DNA from: the human T2T-CHM13v2.0 reference genome, Homo sapiens
Direction: 5' to 3' (one strand)
NCBI RefSeq assembly: GCF_009914755.1
Contig: NC_060937.1
Length of the DNA: 64,000 bases
The notes under the pieces are model-generated. The model worked only from the letters and a program-made list of their open reading frames with translations, had not been told where the DNA came from and did not search any database. The stretch's first letter is position 1. Every line of letters starts with the position of its first letter. Shown piece by piece: positions 42,711-56,129 of the stretch. The translations under genes were made by a program, and so were the position numbers.

Positions 42711-45700
42711 AATCAGTGCTACTGGAGAGAAACAATGTTTGGTTACTTTTAGGGAGAATAAAGGAAAAAGCCGAATGGTTTTGGGTTAGGTCTCCCAGAG
42801 TAGAGAAGAGAAGGACATTTATGGGGTTGACATAGGAAGGATTGATTGCTGTGAATTTGTGGTAAGCTACAGGGTGAGATTTCTTGAATATCTAAAATAT
42901 CAATGAATGCTGCACTGGAAGCTGAAAAATCTAACAGCATTTGCCCAAAGAACAAAGGATGTGGTAGGAAAGTCTGTAAAATAATAAAAAGGAATGTAGA
43001 AAGTAGGTGGCAGGGAAGGAACTGGGGGCAACTGGGAGAAGGATGCATAAGAATGGATTCCCCAAAGAGGAAGCCAAAGAAAGGAAATGAGAAGTCCTTG
43101 CATGGTGTCGCTGAGGCCATTAAGAAGGATGAAGACACCGGATATTTGCCTGTGTCTGGGGAGAGAGCAGACACAAAGGAGATAGGATGTTTCTGTGTCC
43201 TCTCAACTATGGGTTTTGGCCACAAGCAGATTCACCTGAAAAGTCACCATCTCTTCTCCCTGATGCTTTTTGTGCATGTGATGTCCATGGCACAGCTGCA
43301 ACTTAGGTGAAAATATATGTGCACCAATCAGATTCACAAACTCCAGGCTGGGAGTGGTCAGAGAAGGAGCTGAAATAGTACTTGCTGGATTCCAATGATC
43401 AAGGACTATTGTCTATTTTTTTTTTGTTTTTCAAAGTCACTAGAGATTGCAAAATGCGGTGGCTTTCCAGGTTCATAAGAGATGACAGAGTGAGAGAGAA
43501 ATGTTTTGGTTTCTTCTCCCAAGAACCATAACCAAGAGAGTTAAAACCAGGTGGAATGGTTTTGCTGGCATTGTGTGGCATTAGCTCAATTAGTGTAGCT
43601 GCCTGTTAACATAAACAGTCATGTCTTCATGCCATTGCTGGAGTTCAAGTGGAGATGGAGAAGGTAAAATTCTAAGTGTACACAACTGGAAATATAAATG
43701 TTAGATAGGATTGTATCTAAGTAAATTATCAGGAGACTTTAGTTATCCAGTTCTTAATCCAGAAGAATAAAAAGTTTTGGAAAACTGTTACGCAATAGCT
43801 CAGGTTTTACCCTTTTAATTAATTTGTATTAAAGAAATATTGGAATATTGTTTTCCTAACACACAATGCATAATGTCATCATCTTACATAGCAGTATAAT
43901 TTAACCTCTTCTCAATGATTAAGACCGATCATGATAAACATGATTATCGGTTGTTCTAAAATACCGTGACATCTTCTTGTGTTTGTAGAAGAGTAAGTGA
44001 TACAGAGACCAGAGACTGGAATAAGTGCTACAGAAACCAGAGAGAATAATTGATAATTAAGAGAGAATATGTGATAGAGAGAATAAGTGATAGAGGATAA
44101 ATGATAGAGAGATGGCTGTGTGTTGTCAGTGTCTGCTTTGCTTTGCAGGCATTTGATCTTCTCTTTTGCCCTTCCTAACACTCTGCTTCCTTCCCCGCTT
44201 CTTATTTCTGGGAAATAGCACAACAGAACTTTAAAATAAAAATAGTTAAGTCGGTCCCGCATGAGGAGCATTTATGAGATTAAGTGAAATTTATTTTGGG
44301 TGTGCAGTGTCTTTTATTGGGTCTTGTTGAGCTCTGGATAGGTGAGGTTGCTCCATGTTGCGTTACAGGGCTTATTTTGACTTGCTGGAAGGATTCATTT
44401 GCACGGATTTAGCTGGAGGTTTCTACCAAAGCTTCATATTCTACTTTTAGTTCTTATTAAAAAAAATAATTTATAGGAATTGTTATGCTAGGTGGACAGG
44501 ATTACATAATCATCTCCTGTTTCAAGAGAAATAAGATTTCCTTAAAACCACAGAAAAATGTAACTTGGAGCTTTTAGGTTAGATCTTACTGTTTTTAGCT
44601 CACAGAAGAGAATTCATTTCAACAACCTAATAGTCCAGTACCACACACGTTTTTTTTCTGTCTTATAAAAGGGTTCCATATGTGGTAGGACATTGAGGTA
44701 CAAAACTCCTCTGCACTAAAAGTTACAAATATTATGAGAAAGCTGTTTATTGGGGGTCAAGGCCCAATGTTCCAAGTAGTTCACTTTTCTCAGTGTAACA
44801 GGTGCTGGCATTTAGAATTCTCACTTCTGTGTACCTGTGTCCAGGTCAAACTAAATTGAGGTCTAAAAAGACCTTATTGCTATATCGTGGTTCACAGATT
44901 AACTAAACCTGAATAGCACTTGCCATCCTATGTTGTTTTATAGGGCTTTCCTTAAAAAAAAAAAGCAATTGCAAGGTGGATATCATGTGTTTTCTTATGT
45001 GAAAGACTAAACCATATGAAGGTATAGGGTTTGTATGACTTTTCTAAAGCTTCTGGAGAAACCAGCACCAGTTGAAATGAGACAGCAGGTTCCTAATTGA
45101 TCACTGGGTACTCTATCAATCCAGTGTTTACAATTCTACACTTTGTGCTTCTCTCCTCTGCCAATAGTAGCTGGGGATGAACAGAGCTAATTGCCTACTG
45201 TACAGTATTTAATAAGCACACGTTGCATTAGCACCTGGATGGTTTGCAGAAGGAAATGCATACCTTTCAAGGGAAATGAGGAATTGTGAGCTAAGGAAAA
45301 AGACATTTGTCTATTCAACTTTTAGCATTAAATTTCTCAATCTAGTCACATTAATGCTTCATCTTATTTCTATTAGTTTTTTTTTCCAGTGCTAGTTCAG
45401 ACTGGCACGGGATGAAATGGGCAAACATTGCAATTTAGATTACTCTGTAGGAAGTGGAGAAAACGTTTTCTGTTTATTTTGTAGTAAGGTAAGCATAATT
45501 TTAAAAAAGCTGCTATAGGCTTTTTCCCCCACTTTTAATGCCAGTAGAGGTGAAGCAAATTTACAAATTCTTCCTTAGGTTTTATACCAGGAAAATGTTT
45601 GCCCAAAGAACTGGCTATATTTGATGGAGTTGACCACTGTCTCACTACAGGTTCTAATGTTTGACAAACAGTTTTATTTTATGATTGCACCCAGAGCTCC

Positions 45701-46078
45701 TCATCATTACAAAGAAAGTGTATTTTGCTTTTTTTTTTCTGCTACCAACAGGATAAACCTCCTCAGCTGCAGCTTGTGGTTTGGAAAAGATTACTTTTTT
45801 AAAAAAGCTTTGAATCTTTTCCTAGAGATCAACAGCAATTATGCAACTCCCTGTTAACTGAGTTAGATTTAAAAACACAAACACAAAATATAAATCCCCC
45901 AATTCCAATAGCTAAGCAGCTGTGCTAGAAGGCACGGGAATGCATTTATTCTCTCCTGTTTGATTCCTTAGTCATACTTTAGATGCGTGGCAAATCAGTT
46001 GGACATTCAGAATGCCATAGGCTTCTGGAAGGATTACTCCAAGGTGATTGCAGTAGTTAGAGGTATAGATAATCTTAC

Positions 46079-46455
46079 CTCAGGTCCATGTCGCCATCGA
46101 CCCAATAGGCCAAGATATTGGAGGCAGTTCCTCCAGGGCAGCATCCTATAATGAGCACCACTATGGCCTGGAGCGGGAGGATGTCAAAGGCCACCGACAG
46201 GATGAATCCTGTGAGGGGCATGATTCCAAACTGACAGAGGAAGCCAACACAAATGCCCCACGGCCGCTTTATGTGCCCTAGAAATTTCTTGATTTCCACG
46301 TTGCATCCCATGGAGAACATCACCAAGGCCAACAGGATGGTCAGCACCGTACTTAGGACCACACTTAGGATGTTATTGAAATTGCTCTCAGGTACCACAC
46401 AGGATGCACCAGAGCAAACTGTTGCATTGTCCACACAGCTGTTCGGATCATTCAT
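46079..46455 (-). CDS. SLC10A2: SLC10A2 exon 1 coding part (aa 1-126; 377 nt)
   Basis: Translates [28 protein letters not shown]...[21 protein letters not shown], the ASBT N-terminus with the N10 sequon (NAT). ATG at 46455-46453; donor AG|GTAAG at 46079/46078. Confidence 0.99.
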
Positions 46456-47060
46456 TGCTGGGTCTGCTGCTGGAAAGGCCAAGTCCACAGAAGCGCTGGT
46501 CCCTGGGCCCTGGCTCTGCTGCTGGTTGAGTTAAGCAACGTTTACTTCTACCCCATCAAACTTTTAAACCCCTCCTAAAAATATGTCACTTGGTGTCTCT
46601 TTTGAAAGCCACCTTAGGGAAGTAATAAAAAACAATAAAGCTAGGATGTCAGTTTCAAGAGGTAGCATTACAACACAGAGCACGTTGTGAATCACAAAAG
46701 TCCAGCAAAATTATTGGTCAAGACAGAGAGTTACGATTAATCATTTATTGGCATGATAATGAACCATGCCATATAAAAAGAGCCACGTTAATGTTTAATG
46801 TCCTCGAGGGTTTGTTGGATAATTTCAGTTAAGTGACTTTTAAAATCAACTCTGAATAGTACAGAATCTTATAGGGATTGAGCCATAGGAACCATGCCAT
46901 ATAAAAAGAGCTGTGTTAATGTTTCATGCCATGAAGGTTTGTTGGATAATTTCAGTTAAGTGACACTTAAAATCAACTCTGAATAGTACAGAATCTTATA
47001 GGGACTGAGCCATAGGAACACATATTGTTCTCCCATTTCCCTTTCAATAGAAGGGTTTAG
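46456..47060 (-). promoter_or_regulatory. SLC10A2: SLC10A2 5'UTR / proximal promoter with HNF1, CDX, AP-1-like and GRE-like motifs
   Basis: HNF1-type palindromes GATTAATCATTTAT (46735-46748), GTTAATGTTTAAT (46787-46799), GTTAATGTTTCAT (46915-46927); CDX-type TTTATTGG (46744-46751); AP-1-like TGAATCA (46688-46694); AGTACAgaaTCTTAT twice (46858-46872, 46985-46999). The TSS itself cannot be seen from sequence. Confidence 0.75.
46761..47015. repeat. Tandem duplication, two copies of 128/127 bp
   Basis: gaaccatgccatataaaaagag...gagccatag at 46761-46888 and again at 46889-47015, with few mismatches. Confidence 0.97.
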
Positions 47061-47939
47061 GGCCCTGAATAGTTGAGTGCCCTGTGCCTAATTATGTTGC
47101 AAATCAGGTGTCAGACTCTGAACTGGGACCCAGATCTCCATCCAATTTCCACTCCCAGTAGTTTTGCTACTGTATCAGTGTTTCCTGGAATTGCTTTGTA
47201 GTGTCCATAAAGTATATGGAAATTTAAGAAACTTCTAGGGTCTTGGTGCAAATCTGAGAGAGTAACATTTGGGAAGATAGAATGTTTTCTGTGTTTCCTG
47301 GTGGAAAGGAGTCTGACTTGCACAGCCACCCTCAACTACTTACACATGCAATTATGTGTGCGTTGTCATAGTAACAGAGTACTTTATAGATGGAGACAAT
47401 ACAATTATTTAGAGGGATGAACCTCAGAGAATTAGGTCAAAGTGACAGGATCTCTTTGTGCTTGGAGTCATAAATTGAAATTCGATTTTTTTTTTTTTGG
47501 CAGGGGGATTCCAAGAGAGATTTTTGTAAATGTCAAATAGTCGACCTCATGCTGGGCAGAACGCTGTATTTCAGTATACAGGGAAGATAAAGAAAGAGGT
47601 AGAGAAGAGATTGTCCTGTTTTCAGGAGTTTATAACCCAGTTATTGAGTTAGGACACAGAGTAATAATAAAATTGAATATTCCGATCATGATTCACAATT
47701 TGTAGGACAAATTCTAATTTATTATTCAACTTAATCATCTTAAATTAAGTAGGATTAGCACTCCCATTTTACAGATGACGACTTAAGGGTTGAGGAAATT
47801 GAGTGCTTTAGATAAGGTTAAAGGGAAATGAGAGAACAACGTGTTTTCCTATGGCTGGTATCTGGAAATACTGGAACCGAGCGTTCTGATTATGTGAAGA
47901 AAGTGGTCGGTTTGGCTTGCTGGGGATTGGAGTAATATC

Positions 47940-48095
47940 TTAGAACAGAGCTTCTCAAAACTCAGTGTGAACAGGATTCCCCTGGGGGCCTTGTTAAAAT
48001 GCAAATTCTGATTCTGGAAGTCTAGGGAGAGTTTTCTTTCTAGCAAGCTTGTAGTTGATGGCGATGACACTGATCTGGGGTCACACTTTTAGTAT
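47940..48095. mobile_element. MER5A-like DNA transposon fragment
   Basis: cagagcttctcaaaact...cttgttaaaatgcaaattctg...cacacttttagta. Confidence 0.65.
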
Positions 48096-48616
48096 CATGG
48101 CTTCAGAATAGCAGAGTGACAACAGTTGTACCCATATTGGTGACAACGGAACTTACCGGTCACAACTGAAAGCAGCTTTTGCAGAGAAACTCAATATGGG
48201 AAAATTAACCTTTTTCATAACTGGAGTAAATGTGAGCTGTGGCTAGCAGAATGGGCCACTGAGCAGAAGAGCTAATAGAGTGAAATGCCCAAACCACAGG
48301 TGGGGGTGCCTAGGCATTGAGCTACTGGGAAAAACCTGAGCCATTTCCTTCCAGGGCAACCGTGATTTGTACTTGTTGATGTGGCTATCTGAGTGGTCAC
48401 GTCCTGCCTGCCTTTCTAGCACAAGTGGGGGCTGCCATTGTCCCTGACCTGGCTGCCTGCCAATTCCTGGGAGAGCCTTCTGTCTTTCCCACCTCCTTCC
48501 CCACCCCAACAGCTAAATGATAAACCAGGTAATATCCAAAGAGGCCTCCCCTCCCACTCCTAGGTGTATCATGACTTGGCCCTACCCTGCTGGCTGCTCC
48601 AAGCATTTCCTGGGAC

Positions 48617-48629
48617 TGACCTCTGGCCT
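48617..48629 (-). promoter_or_regulatory. DR1 nuclear-receptor element AGGCCA-G-AGGTCA (PPARalpha/RXR type)
   Basis: Plus-strand TGACCTCTGGCCT, ~2.16 kb upstream of the ATG; fits my recollection of the PPARalpha DR1 described in the human ASBT promoter. Confidence 0.75.
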
Positions 48630-49494
48630 ACTTCTGTCGGGAGCTGGCCCTCCCCAGGGCAGATGAGCCAAGTGCACTCCCTGCTGCCACACCTGAGCAT
48701 CTGCACCTAGCCGCTCACACCTGGGCACCTGCACCTGAGCACCTGTGGCTGGCTCTTCCCCCAACTCCCAAAGGTGGGTGAGGCAGATGCCCATGCAGTG
48801 GTGATCAGTTTACGGTCTCTCTTTTCTGATTTCTCTTAACCTCAAACATTAGGTGAAAGGCAGAAAGCTAGCCTAGGATTGAACGGCAAATAGCCTCTTC
48901 ACCAGGTCTGATCTGCAAAGGAAAATTTGAGCCCTGCAGGCGGGAAGGATTTGGATTCTGAAATTTCTCTTAAAGTTGGAAGGCTGCAGTGCAAGGCCCA
49001 ATGCACAGGGCTCAAGACAAGCATATTTAGACACCCTCCTTTGAACTCAAATGGGTTTCCCAGGGCAGGCCTCCTGTTTTGGGCCATGGCTGCTTCTGGG
49101 TTGGCCAGGTGTGATCCATACTTAGGCTTTTTGCTCACAGTGCTGGAAGCAGGGAAGAAAAGTGAAGACAGCAGAAAGCAGGTTCAGAACAAAGCTCTTC
49201 TCAAATTTCAGATGACTTTCTAAGGAGATTTTAGGCTCCCAGGGGCAGAATGCTTTGCATATAGACAACTTGCAAATGAGCAGTCTGTTTGACTAGACAG
49301 AGTGCTACAGTTCTGCTTAAAAAAAAGTGCCAATGCATTTCTAATTTCACATTGTTTTTACATAAATTTGCACATTAGGCTTGAGAGGTTTTATATTCAA
49401 GTATCGGAATGATTCACAATTAATTAGTACCCTTAACTTCAGCTATATTCAAATCCAGACACTGAAAGTATCTAAATATATAAAAATCATTCTC

Positions 49495-50177
49495 AGGAAA
49501 CAACAGGTGCTGGAGAGGATGTGGAGAAATAGGAACACTTTTACACTGTTGGTGGGACTGTAAACTAGTTCAACCATTGTGGAAGTCAGTGTGGCGATTC
49601 CTCAGGGATCTAGAACTAGAAATACCATTTGACCCAGCCATCCCATTTTACTGGGTATATACCCAAAGGACTATAAATCATGCTGCTATAAAGACACATA
49701 CACACGTAAGTTTATGGCAGCACTATTCACAATAGCAAAGACTTGGAACCAGCCCAAATGTCCAACAATGATAGACTGGATTAAGAAAATGTGGCACATA
49801 TACACCATGGAATACTATGCAGCCATACAAAATGATGAGTTCATGTCCTTTGTAGGGACGTGGATGAAATTGGAAATCATCATTCTCAGTAAACTATCGC
49901 AAGAACAAAAAACCAAACACCGCATATTCTCACTCATAGGTGGGAATTGAACAATGAGATCACATGGACACAGGAAGGGGAACATCACACTCTGGGGACT
50001 GTTGTGGGGTGGGGGGAGGGGGGAGGGATAGCTTTAGGAGATATACCTAATGCTAAATGACGAGTTAATGGGTGCAGCACACCAGCATGGCACATGTATA
50101 CATATGTAACTAACCTGCACATTGTGCACATGTACCCTAAAACTTAAAGTAAAATAATAATAAAATTAAAAAAAATA
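49495..50177 (+). mobile_element. Young 5'-truncated L1PA (L1PA3/4-like)
   Basis: Near-consensus ORF2 end and 3'UTR with G-rich tract and A-tail; perfect TSD aaaaatcattctc at 49482-49494 and 50178-50190. Confidence 0.93.
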
Positions 50178-50939
50178 AAAAATCATTCTCTTTAATTGTA
50201 ATACGGAATTGGAAACAGATGCACACCTGAGAGGGGTAGTCAGGAGGCTGGAGCTTCATTTTCGTCGTCATCCTTCTCAGTCTTTTCTGCTACATTTTGT
50301 CACACCCTGGGCTCACATGCAGGCCACCCTCAAGAAACCAGGAGCCGGTTCCTGCTTCTGGCCGCCTGGGCGCAGACATGAGAATTTGACATCTGAGGCT
50401 TCCCTTTTGTTCCTGTGTATCAATTTGAGGAGGCCAGGGTTCAATAGCTTTCTAGCATGTTTGCCCTGAGGTTCACATGATAAAAGATGAGCTTCCTATC
50501 TTCTATTGTGTTTCATCACAAATGGCTCTATTCAGATCAATGGCCCTCTTGGATTTGATTGACTCTGTTAAGTACTTTCCTGTGACTGAAGTTATCTCCC
50601 TCTCTCTCCTCTCTAGTTCCTTTCTACAGATTGATCTTTTATGAAACCTGAAAGTCCCACAATTAGAGCTCTTTGGAGTTACCACTGACCCTCTTTAAGG
50701 CAACAAGTACCTTGGGGAGAATGCCCCGTGAATGACTAGCTATTCATTCTTGAGTCTTTAGAGGGAAAAGGCAGCATAGTATTGAGGAGAAGAAAGTAGG
50801 ATAGAAGAACCTGGAATCTACTGGATGGAAAATGCACTAGGCTTGGAATCAGAACTGGGTTCTAGATCTGCTTCTTTTGAAAATACTGTGCAGACTATTC
50901 AGGTTTTTATGAATGAATGTGAATCCTTATTAAACATCT

Positions 50940-51350
50940 GTAGGATGGTCCCACCACTTTGGAAAATGATTATAGCTAAATGTCCATATGCCCTCCGACC
51001 CAGCCATTCCAGTCCTAGGTTTCAATCTAAAGAAATCTATAAATTAAGTTCCCCAAGAGACATGAACTAGAATGTTCACAGTGACTCCATTCATAATAGC
51101 GTCAAACTGGAATCTATCCAAATGTCCATCAAGGGTAGAATAGGTAAATATATTGTGGTATATTCACACGATGGACTTCTATACATCAGCTGGATGAGTA
51201 ATCTACTACCACAAATCTAATGTTGAGTGAAAGAAACCAGAAACTAAAGAACACATACAAAAACAGGCAAAGCAAATCTATGGTGTTAGAAGTTAGGATA
51301 GTCGTTACCTTGGCAGTATGGAAGATCAGAGACTAGGAGGGGTCACAAGT
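50940..51350 (+). mobile_element. Old L1M 3' fragment
   Basis: tccaaatgtccatcaagggtagaataggtaaatatattgtggtatattcacac. Confidence 0.65.
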
Positions 51351-52048
51351 ACCAATACTTCAATATAAAGTAAACAAAAACAAAAACAAAAATCAACCTG
51401 ACACATTTGATAAGAAGAGATTGGGGAGTGGTCTGTGCCCATGCCTAGAGAAGGCAGGAAATGACACTAAACTTGAGAAGAAGTCAGGAGAGAATAAAGG
51501 CTGGGAGTAGAGATGGGAGGAGAAGTTGGGGGGTAGGGCTAGGAGGTGGGTAGGTGGATGGCTAGTTCACTTTCATCGTTTTAGCAAGGGTTGGCTCTGT
51601 TAATTATCCTGTATCTTACTCATTTTGTGTTGTTGTCAGTCAAACATTTTCTAAGTATCTGAAAACATTAAGTTTTCTGAACCTATAATTAAATACTTTT
51701 TGGTGAATCAGTCCTAGATAAACCTTCAAGCAAATCCTCTTCGTAGACAGCAACTATTGCATGCTTTCTGGTTCACTAGTAACAAGTAATCTTAAAGTAG
51801 AAAATTAATCGATGTATTTTGCTAATAGCTCCTGTTGTCTCTTGCAAGCATGGCAAACATTTTGTTACTCACATTTTTTGTCTTTGCTTTTATAACGTGG
51901 ATGAATAGCAAATTCCTGTAAATCCATGACCTTGCGGTGGCTGATTATATTATTGCTGTCAGTTAATTGCTTCCTACTTCTCTGTAATGGGATTCTATAG
52001 CCACAGCTGTTGAAATTGACTTGCAGTGCTTCCCTGTTGAAGGAATAG

Positions 52049-52400
<352 letters not shown>

Positions 52401-53021
52401 GAATAGCCAATTGTTAAGTGTTAGTGTTGAGCCACGGGATTGCTTTGGCCAAGTAAGCAGTAATGATAGTGATGGGTATGCTACCTCCAAGCAGAAACTC
52501 CTAAAATCATGCACCACATTTTCCCCACTCTTTCCCCTTTGTGTGGGAATGGCAATCCCAGCTAAAAGCTCTTCCCTCATCTGTTCCTAGAATAAGAAGA
52601 CACATGGAACAGAGCCATGGAACCACAGACACACGAGGTTGTGCTATAAACAACAGGGAGCTTGGGGACTTTTGTCATATAATATAAAATAGTAAAAACT
52701 GACTGTTACTTATCTGCTGTGATTTTCAAGCTAATAAGATTAGCATTTTCCATGAGTTACTATAATTACCAATTATAGGTTGATTGTGTCCCCACAAAAT
52801 TCATGAATCGGAAGCCTTAATCCCTGGTACCTCAGAATGTAATAATATTTGGAGATAAGGTCCTTAAAGTGATGGTTAAGTTGCAATTTGGCCATTAGGG
52901 TGGTGTCCTCAGAAAAAGAGGGAATTTGGACACGTTGAGTCACACCGGGAATGCCTGCCAATCTATCTCTGGTGGTGCTTTTTGTCTTAAAGTAAATTTT
53001 ATCAGGTTTAAAAAATATAAC

Positions 53022-53367
53022 TGTGCTAGTCTGTTCTCCTGCTGCTGATAAAGACATATCTAAGACTGGGTAATTTATAAAGGAAAGAGGTTTAATGGAC
53101 TCACAGCTCCACATGGCTGGGGGTGCCTCACAATCATGGCATAAGAGCAAGGGACGTCTTACATGGTGGCAGGCAAGAGACCATGTACGGGGAACTCCCA
53201 TTTATAAAACCATCAGATCTCATGAGACTTATTCACTATTACCAGAATAGGATAGGGGAAACTGCCCGCATGATTCAATAATCTCTACCTGGCACCACCC
53301 TTGACACATGGTGATTATTATAATTCAAGATGAGATTTGGGTGGGGACACAGGGCCAAACCATATCA
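53022..53367 (-). mobile_element. THE1-type MaLR solo LTR (MLT1 fragment at ~52775-52960 just upstream)
   Basis: tagtctgttctc..gctgataaagacat...ggtggggacac..ccaaaccatatca. Confidence 0.85.
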
Positions 53368-53379
53368 ATGACTACAGCA

Positions 53380-55080
53380 GATTTCTCTTTGTTGTGCTTG
53401 TGTGGCATATCTTTTTGTATCCTTTCATTTGTAATCTTTCTTTTTCTTTAAATTTAAGATGTGTGTTTTTTTAATAGCAATGTAGAGTTTATTTATTCTG
53501 AAAATTCCTTTCACTTACATTTAATATGATTTATTCTATATTTGGGTTTAAATCTTTAGTTTTACCAAATACTTTCTATTTGAATACATATTTTATATTC
53601 CCTTTTTCTTTCTTGCCTTGTTTTTAATTTATTATTTTCTATCACATTTGTCCTATGTGTTACATTGGGAGTTTTAAACACTGTTGCTATTATTATTTTA
53701 CTGGTGGCATTACACATTACACCATTCCTCCTTTACTTTTCAAGCCATAGTTTTTGTATTTTTGTCTCATTCTCAGATAATGCAAGAACCCCTATGGACA
53801 CATGTCATTAATGCCATGAATTTTATGTCTCCCTAGCTTTAATTAAGAAAAATACCATTATTTTCATTTACAAGTCAATATTCATTACATTTATCCAAAT
53901 ACTTCTTATTTTGTTGCTCTTTATTTTTTTTTGCATTTCTGAACAACTGTTTTTTTTCTTCCTGAAGACAACACTTAGCATTTTCTTTAGGGAGGGGCTT
54001 CTAGCAGCAATTTTTTTTTCAGTTATGATTTGCTATCTCTGTTCTTCCAGGATATTTTAACTAAGTATGAAATTATATTTTAGGAGTGATTTACTTTCAG
54101 CACTTTGAAGCTATAATTACATTTTATTCTGAATTCCATTGTGTCTGTTGAGTGATTATCCATAAGGCTTATTATTGTTCCTTTGAAAGTAACTTATCCT
54201 TTTTCTCCCCTCTGGCTGATTTTAATATTTTCTCTTTGTCTTTGGTTTTCAGCATTTTATACAATGTACTTACATATACTTTTATTTTTATTTATCTTGC
54301 CTGAGCTTCATAATGATTTTAAATATATTACTCAATATCTCGTCTCAATTTTGGCAAGCTGTCAGCCACTATCTTAGCAAATATTACTTCTTTTTTTTCT
54401 CAGACACAAATTGTACATACTTTAGGCTTTCTCACTGTGCCTTCTGAGTTGTTCACTCTTTCTTATGTATCAACTATAATATTTTTTCCATCCTTTATTT
54501 TGAATCTATTCTTCTGGCCTATAACAATTCACCAATTCACCAATTCTCTTTTCATTCAGCTGTATTTATTCTGCTGCTAAGCTGATCTATATGTTTCTAA
54601 TTTCAATTATTATACCTTTTATTTCCAGAATTTTCAGTTTTTTAAGTTGTCTAGTTCTCTGACGAAAATTTTGTTTGTGATCTTCTTGAACACAGTAAGC
54701 AGACTTCCTTAAAAATATAGACTCTCCAGTATCTGGAACCACCATGGATCTGATTCCATTGCCTTTTTTTTTTTTCATACTGGGTTTCATTTATGTTGGC
54801 CTGTCTCCTTGAGGATTTTAAGAAATTATGTACCAGACTCCAATCACTGTCTTCTATTCCTAAAACATTGTCAGCTGTGCAGCTAATTCTCTCTGTTGTC
54901 TCTTCTAGTATTCCAAGAACCATCCTTTGGGAAAAATGGCCTCCGCCGTTTGTTTAACCTCCTTGGATCTCTATTTCCTATCTTATTAGCTCTCTATTAT
55001 CTTCAAGCAGATTATTTTTAAGGTTTTTATACCTATTTTCGACTCATGAAAATGTTGGTCAAAAATGCTTCCTCTGCTTT
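53380..55080 (-). mobile_element. Very old L1M fragments
   Basis: T-rich antisense L1-like text (tttactttcagcactttgaag...); boundaries approximate. Confidence 0.5.
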
Positions 55081-55778
55081 AACTTGGGTACTTTTATTTT
55101 GATGAATTATCAAATGTTTCTTTTTAGTGTTACTTTTCTTTTGTCCTTTTATTGATTGACATTCATATGTGAATTTATTTCTGTCAATGAGTTAGTCAGT
55201 CCGAATTTGCAATTAATGTGGAAGCTTTATTTTGAGAAAAATGTGGTATTAAGTCATACTAGTAAGCACCATCTCAAACCTTACCACGTAGTTTATTGCT
55301 GGCTGCTGCCTGTCTTTGATTTTTACCATTGTATTTTGTTTTATGCTCAAATAGTCACCAAATATTGTAGGTATGACTGTACTTAGAATTTATTTTAGTT
55401 CATTCCCCTTACTTAATAGAAGTGGGGGTTCTATTGCGTATCTTGATGAATATTCTATTTCTTCTTTTCAAACTATTCTTTTCTCATCTTTAAAGATAAT
55501 CTCTTCCATGAAGCCTGATTTCAGCCAGCCAACTGACAGGAAAGAGGGGCCAGGGATGGAAACTTCTCACTCTTATTATGAGCTGATTGTTTAATCTTCA
55601 TACTGTGTGGTCTTCCAGTAAACTTGCCTCTAAAATATGTTGATATGTACAAACTACCACAAGAAAATTTAATCCTCAGGGTTCTAAGAAGAGACATTAG
55701 AGATGTAAAGAGGAGTATGATATGAAACTAAATGCAATAAAGAACAAACATTTTAATTTTTATACATCAATTGCATTA

Positions 55779-56129
<351 letters not shown>

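Noticed and set aside
42749-43310. 158-aa and 135-aa ORFs in intron 1
   Set aside because: Compositionally biased, L2-like degenerate sequence with no splice or domain support.
46456-46488. In-frame GTG giving an 11-aa N-terminal extension (ORF track [12 protein letters not shown]...)
   Set aside because: Artefact of alternative-start ORF calling; poor context. The ATG at 46455 matches the known ASBT start.
46761-47015. Direct repeats considered as CRISPR-like array or LTR pair
   Set aside because: Eukaryotic context; two adjacent copies without spacers or internal element, so a simple tandem duplication.
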